A stretch of 64,000 nucleotides of DNA. It comes from Chrysomallon squamiferum. Lineage: Eukaryota > Animalia > Mollusca. Positions 52,460 through 64,000 of this stretch are shown in pieces. The position numbers were made by a program, and so were the translations under genes. The notes beneath the pieces are model-generated. The model did no database searches. It was given only the letters and a program-made list of their open reading frames with translations, and was not told the DNA's origin. Each line of letters begins with the position of its first letter. Position 1 is the stretch's first letter. Location: contig CM022671.1 of NCBI GenBank assembly GCA_012295275.1, positions 20,646,001-20,710,000 of the forward strand, read 5' to 3'.

Positions 52460-54698
52460 AATATTCATAATCATTTACACTCGCATTACTTTGCTTCGAC
52501 TCTACGCAAACAGTCGATGTAATGTCATGCCTTTAAAATACCCCTGCCTTTATACTGTAGTATCTTCTGACATTAAACTAGTAAATTTTAAATAGGTTTT
52601 GTTGCACCACAAAGTTCATTTTATTGGTTTCGTGCATTTAGAGAGTTTTTTTTAACTAACTGATTTTTGTACTATGTATATATATATATATATATCTGTT
52701 GTTGTTGTTACACGTAAAGAAATACGATATAACTTTGCATTTTGATATCACATCGTCGTCGAGTCTCTTCGACATAATTGTTCATTGTCTCGACCAGTGT
52801 AACGCATTTTTATCAATCAGCGGTCATTAATTACACCTCCATTAAATGAATGCACTTTCTCACCAAACTCCGAGATCAATACTTTGTAAGTTAAATGTGT
52901 TCTTCTACCAAGGTGACCCGACGAGACGTAGAGTGCAGGAGTTCTGAGAATATCTGAACGTACCTCGCCTGCATTAGTGATCAACAGGCGCACTAAAACA
53001 GAAACCTTACAATCCACTAACATCCACACCCATACCCTTTCACAACATACGTCCTCATTGTACATCCCGTACCACTCACACACGAATCTTTTCATGTTCA
53101 CTCTTAAATACGCGTGTATTCATAAAAAAAAGACAAAAATGAATATACGAATGGAATGTATGAAGTTAACTGGATAAGATTATTTATAAGGCTAATAAAT
53201 AAATAAGTAAATAAATATTAGAACCAATAAATAAATAGATAAAATAAAATAAAACTTTAAAATATAAAATTATAAAAATAAAATAAAATAAGAAAACAAG
53301 AGTAATATAATATATAAATTGAATAAACCCCAAAACAACAACAAAATTAAACTATTTATTAAAAAACATTATGTATTCAGCAATATTAGTACAACAGCTA
53401 GTACAATATTTTATTATTTTTGTTTTTTAGGTTTACAATCTAATTCTAGTATATGAGGAATTAAAAAGTACTACTACTAAACAATCTTTGAAACGAAACA
53501 AAATTTAAAAGAGAATTATAATCAAAAACCTCTTTTTGACTGACTGGCAGGCAGTACCAGGGAGTTGAACCGTTTTAACGAATATACACAAATACCGCTT
53601 TCCTTTCTGGAAACAGTGTCTGTGTGATGAGGCAACTGAAAGTCACGTACAAATATCTGACAATCGAGTGCGCCCCCGAGCACTAATGGTTGCACAAGGG
53701 TGACGCAATACGAATTAGTTCGGTACACTGATGGACGTTAAGAGTCATTTATCAAGACAGAAGCTGAAGACAGGCTCTGTGTCTTGCCAGCTTTGTAGAT
53801 TTTAAAAAGTAATTTTTTTTTTTCTTTTAATGAAGATGGATGTTTCATTTTCAGTTTTGTTTCGAATATTCGATAAAATTTATGTAGCTTGTGTATCTGT
53901 CTGTATTCTGTATCTCTGTTTCTCTGCCTGACTCTATATATGTCTGTCTGTCTGTCTCTCTCTCACTGACATACACACAGTCATACGAATTCATATGTAT
54001 TTATATATTAAATATCTGAGCACAATTTAGTCAAAAATATACCCGCACACACACACTCAGAGACAGACACATACGCACACACACACACACATTCACAGAT
54101 AACGACAGTCACGCACACACACTTTTAAACGTTAACATATAAAAACGCAAACTTAGGGAATCCTCTGCAGCCTGTTAAGAATTAGTTTCACAGCTATTAG
54201 GTCTTCACTGGGATTTGTATTAGTTTCAAGGAACAGGAAAGTGTATGTTTTAGAAAATGATAAGAACAAACAATGAAATGGTTACATGTGGTCAACACAG
54301 AATGAAAAAAAACATTCACACAATGGTTTTGAATCTGTTAGATATGATGAAGGAAATTAAATGGAAATTAGCCTAATATATGATCGTGGGAGTTATTTCC
54401 CTTGTATTGCCAGCTAATTTGTTCACGCACATCGTGTTGTTAGAAACTGCAGCGTGTTTTTAATGATACACTCCTGTGAGAAATGACCGCTCCTCACTTT
54501 CGATGAGCTATTTTTTGCTAGACACGACTTACATAAAACTGCAAAGACGAACAAAAGAAATCAACTCTCCAAGTTTTGTTTGTTATTTTAGTTAAATGTG
54601 TGTGTGTGCTTGCGCATGCGTGCGTCACCCATGGTAAAGAAAACCCTAGATATATATCGATGGGTATTCACTGAAACAAGAAATAGCTCTGAATACAT

Positions 54699-54744
<46 letters not shown>

Positions 54745-54932
54745 TCACCGATAAATATAGATAAATGTCAATAATAGTTATGCAGAATATGTACATTTTA
54801 ATCAAGAAATCAGCAGCATTTGAAACTGCCATTTACTTTTATATTTCGGACTGGAAATAATATTAGTCAGTCAGTTCAAATAAAATAAATGAACTTTAAA
54901 AAATAATAAGAAGAAAAATGTGGATTTTTCAA

Positions 54933-54968
<36 letters not shown>

Positions 54969-56542
54969 AAAAAATAAAAATAAAAAATCAAATCAAATCA
55001 AATCAGACCGAACAAAACAGTTCAAAATCCATAGGACATTAAATCACTGCAGACATATTTATTGCCATAAAGTTCAACGTAGCAGCAAAACGAGCAATCA
55101 GGAATCGTTTATAAATGTCTGTCACACACACACGGGCTTTCATCTACTGGCCAAAATGGCAGCCGCAGTCGTAATTGAAATATTGCATGCTGTCTAAAAC
55201 GGGCAATTTCGGGTGTTTCCGTCACGCCGTCGTTTCAATCCGCACAAATCCGGTAATGCGCTACAATTACGAAGCAAACGATTAATCAATTAGGCAGCAC
55301 ATTCTGATTTCTTGGGCGTTCTTTTCATTTCTGGTCAATAAAGAAATCGGTAGACCGCAAATAAAATTTGTAGAATTAATTGGAAAAAAAACAACAACAT
55401 ATATTCAAAAGTTTTACAAATAAATGTTTATTATTTGCTTCCTAAATGTTAGAGAGAACAATATTTATTTTATTCTCACGGAAAAGAGTAGATACATAGC
55501 GTTAAATAATTAATATATGTTTTTAGTAATTCATGTATCTAAGTTTATTTTTGTTCTACTGTATTACCCAGTATTCTTTTTTTTGTTGTTGTGATGTGGC
55601 TTTTTTCTTCAGCTACTGAATCAGCGGCTACTTCTAATACATGGTCAAGGAAGCTGTATTCAGTTAAAGATTCAGTACAAGATTTAATTTTCATTGTAAA
55701 TTATGTAATAAAATTATTACCTAAATATATGTCTTGCTTATTAGCGAAGTTAAATCTGTGTAACCATTCACGTTTTTGGAAATCAAACTTAATTGACAAA
55801 AGACATAAACTACAAGCAAATTAAGCATACAGTATTCAAATCAGTAACTTTCGCTTCACTGCTTTATAAAAATCACTTGTTGCAGATGTTTCCTTTTCTT
55901 TTTTTTTCTCAGTAGGCTCTCGACCCCACTTCCACCCCATTCAGCCGCCCCTGATATTGTGCCCCCATTACCAATGCGCTGTGTTAATTTCAAGCTTGAA
56001 GACGTCAGCAATCTTATATTAAGCGACCCGAGCCACCGAAGAGGCACTGTGAGTTAATTAAGGCTGAATAGCTGTCATATATCTGTGTTTGATCAAGTCC
56101 TGGGGCATTATTAAATCTACATCTGCCTAAAGTCGCTAACATTTGACGGTATTGGCTCGCAATTACGGCACAAGGAGCACCTTGCTTGAAAAGAATATAA
56201 TACGCCTCGCCATTAGTGGTGTCGGCAGAAATTTCGATAAATATGATCACGTACATCAGTGGTAATTGCCAACGCATGCGTGCATGTTCTCTTGCCGTCC
56301 AGAGGAATGCGTAATACAGAGCTGTTTGAAGTACACACGCTGAAGTCAAAGTGAAAGACCATGAAAGTTATGTCCATAACGCCATTTGAATCTGAAATAT
56401 TCCTTTGAATTTCTCACTATCTTTCTGTTTTTCTCTTGCTCTGCCACATTGTGTTTCTCTATCGCTCTGCCTGCCTGTCTGTTTTTCTATCTTTTTTTAT
56501 CCACATATCCATCCATCCATCCTTCCCTCTTTTAGTCCGTCC

Positions 56543-56612
<70 letters not shown>

Positions 56613-57447
56613 TACGTGAGTGTGCATTTATATGCGTGTACGTAGGTCTGTGAGCTGGACGAAATCAGAATTTTTTTAAAGACGAAATGTTTTATGCCTC
56701 TTTTCTAACACATATTAATTACAAACAAAACAACATTTTGAAGTTGAGAAATATACCAGAAGCCAACCGAGAGAATCTCAGAATTTTACATTTTTCGTTT
56801 TTGCTTTATGGCAGCCATTTCTATTAAACTTTGCTAATTATGCTTTTGCGTGTGTTTGAAGAGATGTGATATATTTAATTAAATGATTCCTAGCCATGAC
56901 ACACGACAGAACTGGTATAATGAAGGTTTTAATGAAAAAGGAAAAAAAAAAAAAAAAAAGAGAATATATTTTTCCGTCTAAAGGAAACCATACTTTAACA
57001 AATGAAAATGCATAAAGCACTCAAATGATCAATACTTACCGTGCAGAATCTTTGCGTTACTGATATAAAATAAGTGAAAACTAATTTTAATGGGAATAAT
57101 TATCTTAATATTTCTGCTTATTATATTGGTTGCTACGGAAACCATTAATTAAGAAAAAGGTTAATAATATGCATGATGTTGTCTAATGTAAAAAAAAAAA
57201 AAATATAATTATTACTCTTCAACCTAATTAAAATCAATATCATATTGGTGCAGCGGTAATTTTTTATGAAAAGAGCCAACAGGAGGTCGCCCATTAAGCT
57301 GTTATATTTCTCTGTTGATGTTTTGGACTTAAAGGTTTAGTTCACATCATATTTTGTAATAAGAAAAAAAAAAAGAAGAAAACAACAAGCAAAAAAACCA
57401 AACCAAACAAATTAAAGTAGTTATTAATGTATATTTGTCATTAATAT

Positions 57448-57547
<100 letters not shown>

Positions 57548-57732
57548 AGAGAGAGAGAGAGACTGAACAGTAAAATCACCGAGAAAAGTAAAAATAGAGA
57601 TAGAATTTAGATAGAGAAAAAGAAAAACCTAGAGAAAGGGGCTGAGATGGAAAGGGAGAGAATCCAAGGGAGATGGAATGAAAGACAACTCAAAAAGAGA
57701 TAGAACTACTGATTAGAGAAACATAGAAACAT

Positions 57733-57809
<77 letters not shown>

Positions 57810-60800
57810 TAGAGAGAAATGGAGATAGAAAAACAAGAGACAAAGAAAGAATGGAAGAAAAGTAGTAAGAATTAGTAAGAAAAGAAGAAAAAGAGAGTAA
57901 ACATTAACTGAAACTTGTAAGATTTTATGCTAAAAAGCCAAATGTTTTAATATTTGCTTGCACCTGAAGAGCACTAGAGTAGAATTAAATTTAAATAAAA
58001 AGGCGCAAATAAAGGCGTTTTGACCAACGTGTTGAGTTTGTTGTCAGATCTTTTCACTGATAAACTGTAGCTCTTTAAGGAATTATCATTTTTGGGTCAC
58101 ATACAGGTTTCATCGAAATTAAAATATGTAAACTATATTTAATAATTATAATTTTCATTTAAAGTTAGGTAAACGTCAATCGTTCTTTTTTCCTTTAAAA
58201 ACATTTTAATAAACAACTTTAACGAAATGAGAGTTTGACATTTAAATATCATCATCTGTTATAGTATCAAAGTTCAAGTGTATTAAATTTGAAATCATGG
58301 TTAAGAAATGTTCAAACGATTTTGCTTTCGTCGTAGAGAGAATATTAAACAATTATTGTTATGGTGGATATTAAAGAATAATGAACGTTCCTGTATTCAT
58401 TTAAGCTTAATTGTTGTTGTTTTTTTTTGTTGTTTGTTTGTTTTGTTTTTTTAAACTCTTAAACATTTAATCATTCCAGTGATAGGAAGGTCTGTGATAC
58501 TTTTATGCCAATGAAACTAGTCTATATGACGTAACTAAATATAAGCATTTACACCAAAACCTCGAGAACTTTCTTCAGATGATAATCTTGCATCGTTGAT
58601 GCCAAAGGCGCGGATTTGGGGTGCGTTATGAACTTTCAGCGACTTTCCCTTGCACGCAGTATTTTCATATATGAAGCTTTTATGCCCGTTTCTTAATGGT
58701 TTGTGATATCACTTTTGGTTTTAGATTTATCGGAAACGGATTAATCACTATTTTAAAAAAAGAAAATATATTTATGCACATAATGTATTTTTTAATGATG
58801 ATGCAAGAACGGGGTTTGTTTGAAAATGCAAAGGAAGACTGATGCAAAGAGTTCTTATAAAGACATGTGTTGTAATGTTGCAGTGGATATGTATTTAAAT
58901 ATGAAAATAATTCACAATTTTAACGATTCATTAAATAATTAAACAAAAATAATCATTGTATATAAAATAATTACACAATATTTTAATTGCTTTTCATTTA
59001 TTTATATGAACTTTGTGCATCTGCATAGCTTTCTGCTTTTATATGTGTAATTCATTCAGTCATTTTGTGGGTTTTGTCTGTGTGTGTGTGTGTGTATGTA
59101 TGTATATTATTCCTGAAAATGATATTTTTGATTGCCATTTTTATCTGACACGTCTATGACATATATGGTCACCTCTCGGAATTTATGTACAGCCTGACAC
59201 GTATAGTGTGTCATAATAAACAACTAAAATTTACAAGCTATTTCCACGGAAGAGATGCGACTGAAATTAATTGAAGATATGAATATAAAAGGGCATGAAC
59301 TTATCGACCTGGTGAAATAAAGTAATGGAGAGAACGAGGAAAAATCGACAGACAGTATTGGCCCTGCGACGTGTATTTCTGGATTTGAGGCACATCAAAT
59401 ATTTGAACATAACTCCGTCTCCACGCCTCAAGAGTTTTTCTCTTTATTAACGGAGGTGGTTCAGAATGTTATAGTTTCACCAATATTACGTTTTACATGA
59501 ATCAATAAAGGCAGCAGATACGCGAGCATAAAGCAGAGTAAATAGGAATAACAAGAACACATGGATATATGCAGCTCTCGTACAAAGTAATCCAATGCTT
59601 TTTAGAAGAAATTGTTTTTTTTTTTCTTTTCACTAGCAAATGAAATTATCTTTGATGACATATGCAGGTTCGGTGGACCAGCATAAATCAAAATATTTCC
59701 ATAACGAAATGTCAGAGTTCTATATTTGTTTCCCAGTTTGTTTTTTTCTCTCTCGAAAATATTCTTGTCCACTCGAAACTGATTTAACAGCTCAGTGAAG
59801 TGTATGTATTTAAGGTGTTTACTTTAGTAATTGTCAGTTTGTATGGGTTTGTTGAAAACTCGATACCTTACGCATCTTTAGTCCTTTGCCTTCCACGCGA
59901 CCGAAATCAGATGATTATTGGCATATTATATTTAAGTATGTTTGTTTAAGCAGTGCAAATAATTTTGTCAGATTGAAGACTAAGTGGTTTATGTTTTTAT
60001 TTCAATGGTTGCAGGTTATGAAGGTCAGTTTTTTTTTTTATATTTCTCCCTGTTATAACATCTACCCTAGATCCAGGATGAAAGAATCATGACCAAAGTC
60101 AACAGCATCATTCTTACTTATTAAAATGGTAACATTAAATAGATGACGTTAAAAAAGTATCCAACACGAAAGAGCTACTTGAAATTATCCCAACGGGATG
60201 ATGTCAGTTTGGAAAAAAACATTATCTTTAATATAAGTTAATCGGCTATCATTAAACTTATTAAGCTGACATGCTTCAGAACATACTTTCTGATGTTGAT
60301 TCTGAATTTATTTTTAACCCTGTTTTATAACTGTATTTTGCATTTGGACACTCCATAATCAGTATTATTTTTTTTGGTAAAAATACAAAGATTGTAAATT
60401 GAATTTTTCTATGATTATCGCTATCTGTCAGCTGTATTTAATATTTGATATATAATAATAATAGTAATTATATTATCATCAGCTGTAGATACAATATCAA
60501 TGTAAAACATCAATATAGCTTCTTTAAACATTTGCCATGATGTTTTCTAATAATAGTTATTATATAAAGATTTCCATTATCATCAGTTAGAGACACAATA
60601 TCTATAAAGAAGGTTAATATGACTTTTCAAACATTTGACTTGAAGTTGTCGTATAATGAAAGTAATATACAGGTTCAAGTTATAATTATATGTAGATAAT
60701 ATATCCACAAGGGCTGCAATTATATTAATAATTATGTGCATATACACATTAAAATAATAATAAACTGAAGAAATGAAGTACATCAGTGTGACTTCTTTAA

Positions 60801-62358
60801 ACATTTGACGTGATGAAAATCTTATAACGACGGTAATTATATACAGATTCAGATTACAATTATCTGTAGATAAGATATTCATAAGGATTGTAATTATTAT
60901 ATTAACATGACTTCTTTAAACAACGTTCTTAATTCTTTTAGACATATGGTCATATTGATTCACAAACAGAAAGCAGGTAACAGAAACGTGAGATTAACAA
61001 CTGCAAGCCGATCATCGTTGAAATTAGATAATTCTTTGTCAGTATAAAACGTGACTGGCTCAGATTTCTCGAGTTCAGCTTGGACTCGACTAGCTGTCGG
61101 GGGCTAAAAATCACACAATTTGTGTCGCGCTTTCAGTGATTGCTGATTTACAACATATGGTCAAAAAGAAGATGAAATCGTTACTGACATTACATTGATG
61201 GTTCTTTAAATTAAATAAAGATGGTTTTGTAAATTAAATAAAAAAAAAGTATTTTAATTTGTTTTTTTTTCGTTTGTATGGTATATCTCTTGTTAATTAA
61301 ATGTGTATTTGAGTTTGTATATATGCATGTATGTACTTTGTATATATGCACGTTTGAACTTTGTATATATGTGCATGTGTTTTAAACTTTTCTTTCAGCC
61401 TGTACATTTTCTAGCACTTTGACGAGTTTAAACAAGATACGCATATTTTGAAAAATACATTTACTTAATCACGTATTATCATTAAATCTTTCGTAACCAT
61501 CTACATCGATGCTGGCATTTTCTTTAATACACAGCATGCACAAATACACATCTTTTTCAAACCCCACCAAATCAGAGGACATATTTTAAAAGAGCTACTT
61601 CGAGGAGACGAATGAAACAAATCTTATATATATATATATATATATACATACATGAAAAGCCTCTTCATTGTTATGTGGACAAAATACAACAAATAGCCAG
61701 AGAAGCCGGAAACGGACGAGAGATAATTACCTGGGATTAGAGAGCCTATTGTTAATGATCACAGAAAAAGAAAATTTCAAAGCAGAAAGACCATTCTTCT
61801 GAGTTCCCTTTACGTTTTGCTCTGCCTTGTTTCGATTCGAGAAATCAAACGAAGTAACAGAAACGTTTATTTTATGCCAATTTGTGGTGAACAAGATTGA
61901 TTGCTCTGAGTATGATTTAAAAGTCAATATGTCTGAGAGAAAATTAAGCAGAATTAGTCTAGTTTAGTTTGTTAATAACAAACCCGTATTATCCGGATTG
62001 TGTCTGCAGTGTAAGGGCAAAATGACAAATCTAGTGGATAAACTAACTGGTGCTTGGATTTTAATTAACATGCACGGCACCTACGCAGTGAATTACAGCA
62101 GACATGTCAGGGATTCGTTATTAAGGTGTGGATAAAAGATTTTAAAAAACAGATTCAATTATAGAAACTTTTTTCTTTAAATATAATTTTAAATAGACTT
62201 TTCTTTTACAAATATAAAAATAACTTCTGTGCAGCAAACAGCGTGAAAATAAAAGCTTAAACCTGAAGAGCTGTGCTGGTAATGAATTTGAAATGATTGA
62301 CTAAAATTCAGGTCTCGCAGAAAATAAATGTAATCAAACATAATTTTATGCTCTAATC

Positions 62359-62389
<31 letters not shown>

Positions 62390-62744
62390 AAACACAATCA
62401 GAAGCAAAATCGACAGCTGAAAGTGCCTTTTAACGCACTTCTATTTCTTTGACAAAAACTACTATTTCCACTACAACAAGAATATAACAACAATAACTGT
62501 TACTCCTACAACAAAAACTCTAAATACTGCCATTATTATTCCTACTACTGCTACTGCTTTTACTACTTTTACTACTTTACTGCTAATCAAATACTACTAA
62601 TCAAATTATCATTACTAAATGTCTAACTTCTGCAACAACATCTACTACTACTATTTCTACCAGTACCACCCTTTTACTGCTACTACTGCTTCTACAATGT
62701 CTACTACCTTTAATAACGCAACTACTACTGCTACGATTATTAAT

Positions 62745-62776
<32 letters not shown>

Positions 62777-63382
62777 ACATCATTATCGTCATCATAAGAA
62801 CACCAACAAAGGGATCGAATGTTAAAACGAACATTTCCCTCCTGTATTCTCTGTAACACACGTAGCATGACAACAGTTTGTAATTAAAGGAACAACAGGG
62901 GACAGCAGACCGTGATAAAACAATAGCTTCGTAAGTTACTTCTATCTGCTTCTGATGTCTGAAGATTTACTGCGACAGTCATTCCAGCGATCATGTAATT
63001 AATGTTCCGTAATTAAACTGGAAAAAAGAAAACAAACCACGGAGAATTTATATTAAAAAAAAAATAAATCGTTTTTGTAGCCACCTTTAATTAAGTACAT
63101 TTTTTTTTTCGCTTTGAACCAGCGACATTTGGAATAGAATATATGAATCATTTGCATGTTTGGTTGACGTAAAAACGAAACATTTGTTTAATCACCGTTG
63201 TGTTTGGCGTTTGTTTTAAACGTAATTATATCTGAAAAGGGAAAAAAAAACCTCAGAAAGTCGTTAAGCAAACAAGGCCGAGTGGAAATGTAGGTCTGAA
63301 CATTAAAAAAAAATGGTTTATTAATTACATGCTATAAATATTCTCGGATTAGAAAAGGAATTTACTTTTAATCTTTAAAGAC

Positions 63383-63414
<32 letters not shown>

Positions 63415-64000
63415 GTGTAAAAATAAAATGTTGAAGTTAAAATAAATTTAACTACTGATTTGAGAAGTTGTCTGTTGAAATTAAAAAAAAAAAAAAAAAA
63501 AAAGATATATCTGAAATTTTTAAAAATCTTTCTTGACATCATCATCATATCCATCATTGTCATCATCATCATCATCATCATCATCTTTATTTAAAATACA
63601 CTAATGAACTTTAGGTTTAAATTAAACCCGAACAAATTGTTTATAATTGAAAGTTAATATCCAAAACACAAAACAACAAATTGACAAAAAGAAAACGAGA
63701 AAAAACAACAACCAAGATCAATTATTTCGCTGTTTTCACTGGAGTTTCTTCGTACATATATTATTAATATTGTTGTTATTATCATTACTATTAGACTTTT
63801 TTTTAATTTTGTTATATTTTATTTATTTATTTATGTAATTTATTTTAAATTCTCTTTAGTATTTTAAATGGTTAATTTAATTCATATTAATAGGCTATGG
63901 ACTTTTGAATATTCACTGATAAAATGCGGTATTTAAAAAAAAAAAAAAATGAAGGCAAATTACATTCTGAATTCATTGATTCATTTACAAGAATTGAAGT

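Noticed and set aside
56014-56349. 111-aa ORF (and the 94-aa ORF at 52817-53101)
   Set aside because: No recognisable motif or supporting splice pattern; better explained as GC-richer non-coding islands.
61981-62002. aacccgtattatccggattgtg resembles miR-100
   Set aside because: Several differences from a normally invariant mature sequence and no proper star arm; an RNAfold and MirGeneDB check would settle it.

Overview
Eukaryotic, AT-rich, microsatellite-dense animal DNA, most likely molluscan (inferred from Meta-domain SINE relics and the protein family). It is not prokaryotic, so the ORF track catches only exon fragments. Positions ~0.9-43.5 kb hold a birth-and-death cluster of small, Cys/Tyr-rich chitin-binding (peritrophin-A / CBM14 / ChtBD2-like) genes, reconstructed here by splicing. 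There is one divergent 5'-incomplete gene with an acidic tail (A). Three intact 3-exon 'long' secreted genes carry signal + CBM14 + CBM14 + 4-Cys module + 4-Cys CBM14-like domain (C, D, J; 230-231 aa). Two intact 'short' genes have exon 1 replaced by signal + propeptide ending in KR (F, I; 177 aa). There are four pseudogenes or fragments (B, E, G, H) and one slot from which the gene has been deleted. All coding introns are phase 1 and most split a Cys codon. Copies are mosaics of each other (all four exon-1 x intron-2 combinations exist) around a 59-nt exon-2 tract that is nearly invariant. The cluster was built by a ~8.4 kb inverted duplication, several kb-scale direct duplications and a fold-back rearrangement. 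It carries a hAT-type MITE with empty paralogous sites, SINE relics and a LINE RT fragment. Positions ~44-64 kb have no recognisable coding sequence: microsatellites, a 70-bp minisatellite and several GC-richer TAAT-rich islands that look like candidate conserved non-coding elements. Gene letters A-J are my labels; no database search was possible.
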